DNA from: Coprobacillaceae bacterium
GTDB taxonomy: Bacteria; Bacillota_I; Bacilli_A; Erysipelotrichales; Coprobacillaceae
DNA: 32,000 bases
Direction: 5' to 3'
Assembly (NCBI GenBank): GCA_963675515.1
Contig: OY776328.1
Coordinates: 2,310,001-2,342,000 of the forward strand
Both the position numbers and the translations under genes were made by a program. The notes under the pieces are model-generated. The model worked only from the letters and a program-made list of their open reading frames with translations. It did no database searches and was not told where the DNA came from. Positions within the stretch are counted from its first letter, which is position 1, and each line of letters begins with the position of its first letter. Shown in pieces: positions 1 to 8,843 of the stretch.

Positions 1-273
1 AATACAGTTTCTAGTTTCGCCCGAGACCTTATGAAAGGAGTGCTTGATACCTGCCTTATCTAGTTCAAGTTCTAGAAACTCTCCAATCTTTCCTCCAAGC
101 AATCCACTGGCAACAACGTGTTCTCCTAACTGGGACAAAACCCTTGTGACATTCAACCCCTTTCCACCGGGTGTCTTATGAGTTTCACCTACGCGGTTGA
201 CCGTATCAATTACAAGTCTATCAAGGTGATATGCGATATCAACCGAGGGGTTCATAGTGACGGTTAGAATCAT
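1..273 (-). CDS. lacC: tagatose-6-phosphate kinase (PfkB family), N-terminal 91 codons only; the 3' end lies beyond the window
   Basis: Minus-strand ATG at 273 is preceded by GGAGGA. The translation [46 protein letters not shown]... resembles the LacC N-terminus, and the gene follows lacA-lacB directly. Confidence 0.85.
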   Translation of the reverse strand, partial: MILTVTMNPSVDIAYHLDRLVIDTVNRVGETHKTPGGKGLNVTRVLSQLGEHVVASGLLGGKIGEFLELELDKAGIKHSFHKVSGETRNCI

Positions 274-287
274 ATTTTATCCTCCAA

Positions 288-803
288 TTAATCTACGTAT
301 CCGCCTCGATCCCATTTTTCTAGAAATTCGTCGAAAAAATGAGGGCTGTTTTGATCTTCGTTCGCAGTTTCGACCGCTGATATTTTGGCAATAAGCTTTT
401 TGTTTTCTTCCGTTTCGATATATTCGGAATTGATGAAAGCCTCGATGATGTCACACATCAGAAGTTCACCAGTGATTTTCCCTCCAAATCCGATCACATT
501 GGCATTTAGTTCCTCTTTGGCATAAACCGCCGAAGTCATATCCCTCACCAATGCCGAACGAATTCCAGGTACCTTGTTCACTGCATTATTGATACCAACA
601 CCTGTTCCGCATATACAAACACCCAAGTCTGCTTCGCCATTGACTACTGCATCGCCGACTTTTTTACCATATATAGGGTAATGTGTTCGTGTAAAGTCAT
701 ATGTTCCAACATCAATCACCTCGTGCCCGATAGATTTTAAATAATCCGATACTGCCATTTTGACCCCAGTTACGATATGGTCACATCCAATTGCAATTTT
801 CAT
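288..803 (-). CDS. lacB: galactose-6-phosphate isomerase subunit LacB
   Basis: 171-aa [15 protein letters not shown]...[18 protein letters not shown]...FLEKWDRG. It is close to staphylococcal/streptococcal LacB (RpiB/LacAB family). Confidence 0.95.
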   Translation of the reverse strand: MKIAIGCDHIVTGVKMAVSDYLKSIGHEVIDVGTYDFTRTHYPIYGKKVGDAVVNGEADLGVCICGTGVGINNAVNKVPGIRSALVRDMTSAVYAKEELNANVIGFGGKITGELLMCDIIEAFINSEYIETEENKKLIAKISAVETANEDQNSPHFFDEFLEKWDRGGYVD

Positions 804-820
804 TTTTTACCTCACTCCTA

Positions 821-1249
821 TTAACCCATTTTATTGAGCATGTCTACTCGAATTTGGTGGCGACCACCATCATATGTCCCGTTCACAAAGCCTTTTACAA
901 TGTTCTTTGCAAGTGTAGTACCTACAATTTCAGATCCGATTGTAATAATTCTTGAATTATTGTGTCCTCTGGTCATATATGCCGAACGTTCATCAGAAAC
1001 TTCTGCTGCAATCATACCTTTTATTTTAGATGCCACCATGAAGGTTCCTGCCCCATAGGCATCAACCACGATTCCCAAATTTTCCTCTGCCTTTTTTACT
1101 TCATGAACAACGTCCAACGTTGTGTCAACGAAATCCTTAATTACCTTCTCACTGACATCAACTACAGCATACCCGCTATCGAGCAGATAATTTTTGATAA
1201 TATCCTTGAGATTTTTGCCTGCTGCGTCTGCACCAATTACAATCGCCAT
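821..1249 (-). CDS. lacA: galactose-6-phosphate isomerase subunit LacA
   Basis: 142-aa [15 protein letters not shown]...[30 protein letters not shown]...[14 protein letters not shown], collinear with known LacA. Confidence 0.95.
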   Translation of the reverse strand: MAIVIGADAAGKNLKDIIKNYLLDSGYAVVDVSEKVIKDFVDTTLDVVHEVKKAEENLGIVVDAYGAGTFMVASKIKGMIAAEVSDERSAYMTRGHNNSRIITIGSEIVGTTLAKNIVKGFVNGTYDGGRHQIRVDMLNKMG

Positions 1250-1371
1250 TTCTATTTCTCCTATTCATTTAATTTTGATGTTCAAACAGTATTTAAAACA
1301 AATTTTGCAAAATTGTCGTGAAAAGGTAATTCACTATTCATTAAAGTGCTTTCACTCTTTTCTACAACTCC

Positions 1372-1400
1372 ACTATACAAACAAACAAACAAAAAGTCAA
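1372..1400 (-). promoter_or_regulatory. candidate sigma-A promoter of lacABC with TTTGTTTG repeats in the spacer
   Basis: Minus strand reads TTGACT (1400-1395), a 17-nt spacer ttttgtttgtttgtttg, then TATAGT (1377-1372). Confidence 0.45.
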
Positions 1401-1476
1401 CATATATTTGTTTGTTTTTTATCATAAAATTGCAGTTCCAATATTTTGGTGTTTGTTTTGTTTGTTTTTCAAACAC

Positions 1477-1506
1477 AAAAAAACAGGACTATGCTTCATG
1501 TCCTGT
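1477..1506 (-). terminator. intrinsic terminator downstream of glcK
   Basis: Minus strand has stem ACAGGAC / GTCCTGT (1506-1500 / 1489-1483) followed by a T7 run. Confidence 0.7.
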
Positions 1507-1519
1507 CGTTCTTGATTCC

Positions 1520-2473
1520 CTATTGGGCAACCAAACCGGCTGCTCCAATAACCCCTGCATCATTTCCCAATGAAGCCAGACGTATTTGTGTTCTGCCTTC
1601 AACCGTCGGTATGACGAAGTTATCAAATTGTTCTTCCACCTTGTCTTTTAAATATTCTCCGGCCATGGAAACCCCGCCGCCAATAATGATGTACCTAGGA
1701 TCTAGTGTATTTGCCAGTTGGGCACAGGCAAAACCTAGATAAAAAGCAAATCGGTCAACAACTGCCTCAGCTATCACATCGCCTCTTTTCGCAAAATCAA
1801 ACACATCTTTTACCGTTACCTCGCCTTCAATTACCAAAGTCTTCAGCTGCGAGTCAGCTAGCGAGCGATTGGCTTCCGTTTTGGCCAGATTGATTATTCC
1901 AGTTGCACTCGCAACCGTTTCAAGACATCCGCGATTGCCACAGGTGCATTGAAATCCCCCGGGGTCTACGACGATATGGCCGATTTCACCGGCACAGCCT
2001 TTTACGCCATGGACCAGTTTCCCATCAATTATAATTCCACCGCCAACACCAGTGCCCAAAGTAATGAATACGACATCATCAGCCGCCTCCCCGGCCCCCT
2101 TCCAACGCTCTCCCAGTGCAGCGACATTTGCATCATTGTCGAGGTAAAATGGGAGGTCAAACTCACATTCAAAGATAGACCTCACCTGTTGCTTACTATC
2201 CCAACCAAGATTGTAAGCTCCTGTAACCGTACCTTCCTTACAGTCAACTTGGCCAGGACTTCCCATGCCAATTCCCATGATATCTTTTAAGTCAATTTGA
2301 TACTTGTGCAGATGTTCCTTTATTGTGGCAACAATGTCCATAATTATGTTGCCACCACCTTCCGAGGTGTCCGTAGCTATGCTCCAGCTTTTCTCAATTG
2401 CCCCTTCAGCAGTTAAAAATGCCAGTTTTACTGTCGTTCCACCTAAATCAATTCCAATAATTTTCTTTGTCAT
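1520..2473 (-). CDS. glcK: ROK-family glucokinase
   Basis: Contains MTKKIIGIDLGGTTVKLAF... and the ROK zinc motif region CTCGNRGCLE. I place the start at ATG 2473 (GGAGGG RBS upstream) rather than at the ORF-track start 2539. Confidence 0.85.
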   Translation of the reverse strand: MTKKIIGIDLGGTTVKLAFLTAEGAIEKSWSIATDTSEGGGNIIMDIVATIKEHLHKYQIDLKDIMGIGMGSPGQVDCKEGTVTGAYNLGWDSKQQVRSIFECEFDLPFYLDNDANVAALGERWKGAGEAADDVVFITLGTGVGGGIIIDGKLVHGVKGCAGEIGHIVVDPGGFQCTCGNRGCLETVASATGIINLAKTEANRSLADSQLKTLVIEGEVTVKDVFDFAKRGDVIAEAVVDRFAFYLGFACAQLANTLDPRYIIIGGGVSMAGEYLKDKVEEQFDNFVIPTVEGRTQIRLASLGNDAGVIGAAGLVAQ

Positions 2474-2631
2474 AGTACCCTCCAAAATAACTTCTCTTTT
2501 CTTTGAGGCGAATATAATACGATTTTTCACCTGTATCACTAATATAAAGAGTTTTCATTGTTTGTCAACAGCTTTGTTGTTCGATTTTGTTGTTTTTCAG
2601 TTGTTTGTGTTTGATTGTTTAACCATTGATG

Positions 2632-2660
2632 TTGAAATTATTGGAAATTAATGTTAATAT
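2632..2660 (+). promoter_or_regulatory. candidate promoter of the DeoR regulator gene
   Basis: TTGAAA (2632-2637), 17-nt spacer, TAATAT (2655-2660) with a TG at -15/-14. Confidence 0.4.
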
Positions 2661-2690
2661 ATCCAGAGAAGATATAAGAAGAGGTGCTGT

Positions 2691-3461
2691 ATGCTAAAAA
2701 AAGAGCGATTGCAAAAAATAGTCGAAAGAGTCAATGAAACTGGAATTGTCACCGTTAATGAAATAATTGAGGCACTAGGGGTTTCCGATATGACTGTCCG
2801 CAGAGACTTGGATGAGCTCGCCAAGGAAGGTCTAGTGAATAGAGTTCATGGTGGTGCACAAAAAATAATCAAAGATAATAAATATGAAAAATCACACATA
2901 GAGAAGCACGAACTTCAAAATGAAGAAAAGAAAGCGATTGCGTCGGCTGCAAGCAAGCTCATAAAGGACGGGGAAACCATCTTCATGGGGCCCGGGACAA
3001 CGTTAGAATATTTGGCCCAGGAGCTGCTGACAAAAAAGATCAGGGTAATCACCAACAGTCTCCCCGTTTTCAATATTCTAATTCAAAGCAAGGATGTCGA
3101 TCTTATTTTGATTGGCGGCGAATATCGTCATATTACAGGGGCGTTTGTAGGTAGCATTGCCACCGCCAACATCCAGCAACTTAAATTTTCAAAAGCGTTT
3201 ATCAGCGCAAATGCAGTGTTCAAAGATTCAATCGCAACCTATAACGAAAGTGAAGGTGAATTGCAGAAACAAGCGCTAGAAAACGCTCTGGAAAAATTCC
3301 TTTTGGTTGACAACAAGAAATTTGACCAATACGATTTCTATGATTTTTATAAACTGGCTGATCTGGATTACATTATCACGGACTCCAAAATTAGTGCCGA
3401 AACAAAAAATAACTTCGGGCAGTTTGTCAAGATAATCGTTGCGCCAGTCACTGGCAAATAA
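2691..3461 (+). CDS. lacR: DeoR-family transcriptional repressor (LacR-like)
   Basis: N-terminal HTH (VTVNEIIEALGVSDMTVRRDLDELAKEGLVNRVHGGA) plus a DeoR C-terminal sugar-phosphate sensor domain. The symbol rests only on proximity to lacABC. Confidence 0.7.
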   Translation: MLKKERLQKIVERVNETGIVTVNEIIEALGVSDMTVRRDLDELAKEGLVNRVHGGAQKIIKDNKYEKSHIEKHELQNEEKKAIASAASKLIKDGETIFMGPGTTLEYLAQELLTKKIRVITNSLPVFNILIQSKDVDLILIGGEYRHITGAFVGSIATANIQQLKFSKAFISANAVFKDSIATYNESEGELQKQALENALEKFLLVDNKKFDQYDFYDFYKLADLDYIITDSKISAETKNNFGQFVKIIVAPVTGK

Positions 3462-3746
3462 ATGGTTACATCTAAGTCTTTTCGACCAAGACAAACAAGC
3501 CAAATGATATTTAATCGAATAGACATATCCCTGGCCGCAACCTATCACCCATCATTTTCTCCAACATATGTTTTAGTATAAGATTGCAAAAAAAACAAGT
3601 TTACAACATTTTAGTGGACAATATCAAAGAACATATGTATCTCACCAAACACTGTTGAAAAGATTTACAAAAAAAGTCGATTCATCCCCACGACTAAAGT
3701 AAAGTCACGAATGTTCTCGACCAGTTAATAAACAAAAGATATTCAA

Positions 3747-3998
3747 TTAAATCCCCAATATTTGCTTTGCCCTGGGGTAATCTTCTTTTCTTACCATTAT
3801 AACATATTCCTTCATATACTCCTGATTTGTTCCCAGCGTTCCTTTGATGGCCCGGTTGGATTCAAACAAATTGGGACTGGACAGATCTTTCACCTTGGTG
3901 GTGTAATCTATCCCATTTGCAGACAAAATATTACCCACATTAACGTAATCCCTCTGGTTGTACGTTGAAAATATTTTCCTGTTTCCAAATAACAGCAT
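3747..3998 (-). CDS. small hypothetical protein (83 aa)
   Basis: ORF with a GAGGTG RBS upstream. I recognise no motif with confidence. Confidence 0.45.
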   Translation of the reverse strand: MLLFGNRKIFSTYNQRDYVNVGNILSANGIDYTTKVKDLSSPNLFESNRAIKGTLGTNQEYMKEYVIMVRKEDYPRAKQILGI

Positions 3999-4095
3999 TT
4001 TTTCACCTCATTTAGATTTGACAATTTGATTTCAAATATTCGAACACAGGTGGAACAGGATCATCAAAACGGGCACCTGAACACCGGTTCGTTTT

Positions 4096-4371
4096 CTACC
4101 GGTCTTTTGTCACCAGTATGCAGTTCAAGATGGCCCACAAAGTGGCTGATATCAAATAGAATAAATACAGTCCCCGATTACCATTTAAAAAATCCATCAC
4201 ATTTGCATCTTGACCGCCAAAATAGATTACCGCAATCATCAACACAAACAGAAAACCGAGAATCAGGGATATCCTATCATGCAGGCCTTTTGTGATCAGT
4301 TTAAGGAGCCTGAAGAAATCTAACACGACCCATATAAGGACAATAAGCAAAATCAATATATAGAATATCAT
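4096..4371 (-). CDS. small hypothetical membrane protein (91 aa, about 3 TM segments)
   Basis: Hydrophobic segments MIFYILILLIVLIWVVL, ISLILGFLFVLMIAVIYF and LYLFYLISATLWAILNCIL, with a GAGGGAG RBS. Confidence 0.5.
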   Translation of the reverse strand: MIFYILILLIVLIWVVLDFFRLLKLITKGLHDRISLILGFLFVLMIAVIYFGGQDANVMDFLNGNRGLYLFYLISATLWAILNCILVTKDR

Positions 4372-4515
4372 AATACTCCCTCATAGATAATATTTTCCAA
4401 TGACAACCTCGTATATCATAACATCAAAATAATCAACCATCATTAAAGGAAACAATGGCTGCAATCATCGTTGTAATTTGAAGTTTGCGATGATTGCACA
4501 CTTTTTTTCTAAGAA

Positions 4516-4710
4516 TCACTGCCAGCCCAAATTAAGGACAGCCACAAACAGCGGTACGACAATCAACCAGAAACTTATCAGACATGCAATCAAATACAAT
4601 TTGTAATCCTTACCCTCGAAGATCAGTTTGATAATTTTTATGAGACTTGACAAGAATATTATCGGGGTGAACCAAATTGTCAAATCGGCTAAAATAAACA
4701 GTTTAGACAT
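4516..4710 (-). CDS. small hypothetical membrane protein (64 aa, 2 TM segments)
   Basis: GGAGGG RBS 5 nt upstream of ATG 4710, and two hydrophobic helices. Confidence 0.45.
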   Translation of the reverse strand: MSKLFILADLTIWFTPIIFLSSLIKIIKLIFEGKDYKLYLIACLISFWLIVVPLFVAVLNLGWQ

Positions 4711-4941
4711 ATACCCTCCAATTTGTCAGCCAAAAATACAATCCATCAATGGTTAACGGCAATTTTTAACTATCGCTGAAATTCCTGATCCATCCAGGTA
4801 CCCGAAACAATACCCTGCTTTGTCAAAAAGTAGTTACATTACAAAGAGCGATACTTTCATTCCAGAAACACCTTGATTGGCCTATTGTTGTGAAAATTAT
4901 ATCAAGCGCAATCAAACAAAGCAAGTTAACTGTGTATAAAT

Positions 4942-4972
4942 AAAAAAAACGGCACCAAAGTGCCATTTTTTT
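4942..4972. terminator. bidirectional intrinsic terminator
   Basis: A8 run, GGCAC-caaa-GTGCC (4951-4964), then a T7 run. The stem is short but flanked by A and T runs on both sides. Confidence 0.55.
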
Positions 4973-5163
4973 CGTGGATTATTAGGTTTATTCAGCAACA
5001 ATTGTTAGCCCTGTTTTAATTGAATATTCTGGCCGCGTCACAAAAATGCACGACAACCGTCTTATTACTGAATCTCACTATACGCTTACCCAAGGCCGCA
5101 CCTCTTGTGTCCGTACCGCCAATAACGGTGTACCGATTCAAAACCGGGACTGGTCGGCTCTTA

Positions 5164-5355
5164 TTACTCCAGAACCAAAGCGCCCATCGGGCAAGCTCTT
5201 GCGCATTTGCCACAATTGATGCACAAATCGTAATCGACCACCGGAGCTGCGAAACCCGTCTGCTTCAGCGCACCGACCGGACATACCCGGACTGCAGGAC
5301 ATGGATGATTTTGAGGACAACGTTGTTTTACTACTACCAGTTTTTTAGAATTCAT
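5164..5355 (-). CDS. small 4Fe-4S ferredoxin-type protein (63 aa)
   Basis: Contains CINCGKCARACP (a CxxCxxCxxxCP cluster motif) plus a second Cys group, CPQNHPCPAVRVCP. RBS is AAAGGAAA. Confidence 0.8.
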   Translation of the reverse strand: MNSKKLVVVKQRCPQNHPCPAVRVCPVGALKQTGFAAPVVDYDLCINCGKCARACPMGALVLE

Positions 5356-5445
5356 AATATTTCCTTTCCATAACTATATAAGTTTTTACTTATGTAGTTT
5401 AACTCTTATCGGAATTTATTTCAACTATGATGCACCTGCATATAC

Positions 5446-5503
5446 AAAAAACAGAATAGACCGCCCTCAATTCGAACAATCGACATACAAACTCGAGGCG
5501 GTC
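5446..5503 (-). terminator. probable intrinsic terminator downstream of nifS
   Basis: Minus strand has GACCGCCTC ... GAGGGCGGTC (one bulge, 26-nt loop) followed by tattctgTTTTTT. Confidence 0.45.
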
Positions 5504-5508
5504 TTTCA

Positions 5509-6681
5509 TCAAGATCTGGCCACCCGATACAGGGGCGACATCTTTCTGAGTTTTACGACAATCGACGCCAATTGGGCTACGACGTAATCGACTTCCTCTT
5601 TTGTTGTGTGCTCGCTTATGCTAAGACGAAGTGAGCCATAGGCAAGCTCTTCATCGCGGCCGATGGCAAGGACAACATGCGAAGGGTCAATCGAATCCGA
5701 CTCGCAGGCCGCCCCGCTTGAAGCGCATATACCCTTCTGGTCGAGAAAGACAACCAACGACTCACCTTCGACATATTCGAAGCAGAAATGGGCGTTGTTG
5801 ACAAGCCGTGAATCCGGACTGCCGTTAAGATAGGCGAGCTCGATTTTCTCAAGCACCTGGGCAACAAGATAATCCCGAAGTTTCCCTATTTTTCCCATTC
5901 GGGTTATCATTTCATTTCCGGCTAGCTTAGTTGCCTCGTGGAAACCGACGATGCCCGGCACATTGAGCGTGCCAGCCCTTTTGCCCCGCTCCTGATGGCC
6001 CCCATGGATCAGCGACCCGATTTCGATTCCGCTTTTGACATAGAGCAGGCCGACCCCCTTGGGTCCGCCGCACTTGTGGGCGCTGGCACTGAGCATATCG
6101 ATGTTGAGTTCTTTTACATCTATGGGGACATGACCATAAGCCTGGATGGCATCGGTGTGGAACACGATATTGTGCTCTCTGGCGATGGCTCCGATTTCCC
6201 TGATCGGTTCGATTGTGCCGATCTCATTGTTCGCGAACATTACGCTGATGAGAATGGTGGTTTCCCTGATGGCGGCTTTTAACTGTTCGAGGCTGATTGA
6301 CCCATACTCGTCGACTTCGAGATAGGTCACCTCAAACCCTTCATTTTCGAGCTGATGGCAGGTGTTCAATACGGCGTGGTGTTCGATCTTGGATGTGATG
6401 ATATGGTTGCCTTTGCCTGCATTGCTGCGGGCAAAACCCTTTATCGCCCAGTTGAGCGATTCGCTCCCGCCGCTGGTGAAGTAAATCTCATTGGGGCGGG
6501 CGTTGACAAAGGCGGCGATATCCTGACGGGCCTGCCTGATGGCCTGCTTGGGCCTTGCGGCGAAACCGTAACCGCTCGAGGGATTGGCATAGAGTTCCTG
6601 AAAGTAGGGTTTCATCGCCTGGAAGACCCGGTCTTCCATCATGGTCGTGGCGGCATTATCCATATATATCATTTTGTCCAT
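5509..6681 (-). CDS. nifS: cysteine desulfurase (NifS/IscS, class V aminotransferase)
   Basis: Contains MIYMDNAATT, the PLP-lysine region SASAHKCGGPKGVG and the active-site loop SSGAAC. It lies directly downstream of nadA. Confidence 0.9.
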   Translation of the reverse strand: MDKMIYMDNAATTMMEDRVFQAMKPYFQELYANPSSGYGFAARPKQAIRQARQDIAAFVNARPNEIYFTSGGSESLNWAIKGFARSNAGKGNHIITSKIEHHAVLNTCHQLENEGFEVTYLEVDEYGSISLEQLKAAIRETTILISVMFANNEIGTIEPIREIGAIAREHNIVFHTDAIQAYGHVPIDVKELNIDMLSASAHKCGGPKGVGLLYVKSGIEIGSLIHGGHQERGKRAGTLNVPGIVGFHEATKLAGNEMITRMGKIGKLRDYLVAQVLEKIELAYLNGSPDSRLVNNAHFCFEYVEGESLVVFLDQKGICASSGAACESDSIDPSHVVLAIGRDEELAYGSLRLSISEHTTKEEVDYVVAQLASIVVKLRKMSPLYRVARS

Positions 6682-6729
6682 AACGTCTTCCTTTCAGCAT
6701 GTTATTATAAGGGCGGTTCAACACGTATC

Positions 6730-7638
6730 CTAATCGGCGGCAAGTTCGAGCATCTTCACCAATGGTGCTTTGGCCTTTTCCATGATATCTTCGCTCAGTT
6801 CGACTTCATGGCGGGGGTTTTGCAGCGTGTCCAGAACATCTTCAATCGAGACTTTTTTCATGTTCGGACAGAACTGACGCCGCCCCACCGAATAGAATTG
6901 TTTGTTGGGATTCTTGAGGCCAAGCTCGTAGAAAATTCCCATCTCGGTGCAGACAATGTATTCCTGATGATCATCCTGGGTTGCATAGTCGATAATCTGC
7001 GATGTGCTGCCCACAAAGTCCGCCAGCTCGACCACGTCAGGGGTGCATTCCGGGTGGACGAGGATAAGAGCCTCGGGGTGGTTCTGCTTCGCTTCAATAA
7101 CCTGCGGCGCCTTGATGCTTTTGTGGACGTGGCAGAAACCGTCATGGAAGATGAACTGCTTTTCTGGCACCTGTTTGGCCACATATTGGCCCAGGTTGTT
7201 GTCAGGGATGAAGAAAATGTACTTTTCCTTTAGTTTTTTGACCACCTTGATGGCATTCGAAGAAGTCACGCAGACATCGCTCAAAGCCTTAATGGCCGCT
7301 GTCGAGTTGACGTAACACACAACCGCAACGTCCTTGTATAGTTCCCGCACCTTTTCAATGTCCGCCGCGTCAACCATATGGGCCATCGGGCAGTCGGCAA
7401 AATCGTCAGCCATATAGACATGTTTTTGGGGGTTGAGCAGCTTGGCACTTTCGCCCATGAACATGACCCCGGCGAAAAGAATATTGGCCGCCTTCACTTC
7501 CGTCGCCACTTTGGCTAGATAATAGGAATCCCCGACATAATCGGCAATTTCCTGCACGGGGCCATCGACATAGTAATGGGCAAGGATAACAAAATCTTTC
7601 TCTTCTTTCAAACGGGCAATTTCTTCTTTGATCATCAT
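6730..7638 (-). CDS. nadA: quinolinate synthase
   Basis: 302 aa, ...ILAHYYVDGPVQEIADYVGDSYYLA...VHPECTP..., typical of NadA. Confidence 0.95.
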   Translation of the reverse strand: MMIKEEIARLKEEKDFVILAHYYVDGPVQEIADYVGDSYYLAKVATEVKAANILFAGVMFMGESAKLLNPQKHVYMADDFADCPMAHMVDAADIEKVRELYKDVAVVCYVNSTAAIKALSDVCVTSSNAIKVVKKLKEKYIFFIPDNNLGQYVAKQVPEKQFIFHDGFCHVHKSIKAPQVIEAKQNHPEALILVHPECTPDVVELADFVGSTSQIIDYATQDDHQEYIVCTEMGIFYELGLKNPNKQFYSVGRRQFCPNMKKVSIEDVLDTLQNPRHEVELSEDIMEKAKAPLVKMLELAAD

Positions 7639-7748
7639 ACTATCATTTTCCTTCTTTAATATCTTATCTGGCTTCTAGAGCCATGCATCTACGAAGCCAT
7701 AACATTCACAAAGATAAACCCTACCAATTCAATAGGTTTTACAAAAAC

Positions 7749-7800
7749 AATATAGCACAACCTTACTGTCTTGGCAACTGTCCGACAGCTAAATGGACAG
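7749..7800 (-). promoter_or_regulatory. candidate nadA-nifS promoter overlapped by a 35-bp dyad operator
   Basis: Minus strand reads TTGCCA (7777-7772), a 17-nt spacer, then TGcTATATT (-10 at 7754-7749). The dyad CTGTC-N7-CTGTC-C-GACAG-N7-GACAG occupies 7766-7800. Confidence 0.45.
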
Positions 7801-7802
7801 TT

Positions 7803-7833
7803 AAAAAGGCACTCTATTGAAAAAGTGCCTTTT
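7803..7833 (-). terminator. intrinsic terminator downstream of the GH1-A gene
   Basis: Minus strand has stem AGGCACT / AGTGCCT (7830-7824 / 7813-7807) followed by T5. Confidence 0.7.
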
Positions 7834-7863
7834 AGATATTATTAATTGTAAGCCCAGTACTGC

Positions 7864-8744
<881 letters not shown>

Positions 8745-8793
8745 ATAGCGATAGGTAAGACTTTGATGTTATCTCCATCTTTTCCCCCGCTCC

Positions 8794-8827
8794 ACACCGT
8801 GCATGCGACTTTCACCGCACACGGCGT
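8794..8827 (-). ncRNA. group II intron domain V (copy 1)
   Basis: Minus strand ACGCCGUGUGCGGUGAAAGUCGCAUGCACGGUGU folds as a 9-bp lower stem, a 2-nt bulge (AU), a 5-bp upper stem and a GAAA tetraloop. It is collinear with yeast ai5-gamma domain V as I recall it. Confidence 0.8.
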
Positions 8828-8843
8828 TCCATCTAATTCTTCT

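Noticed and set aside
4711-4942. Possible riboswitch in the long leader of the 64-aa membrane protein gene
   Set aside because: I found no match by eye to fluoride, guanidine, Mn, TPP, SAM, purine or other common riboswitch cores. It is kept only as a note that the leader is long.
5016-5213. 65-aa minus-strand ORF overlapping the ferredoxin 3' end
   Set aside because: Its start lies inside the ferredoxin gene in another frame and has no RBS. Only the downstream part is discussed, as a possible remnant, in the findings.
6355-7233. 292-aa plus-strand ORF
   Set aside because: It is antisense to nifS and nadA and spans their intergenic gap. It has no RBS and a low-complexity translation, while the minus-strand genes have unmistakable family motifs.
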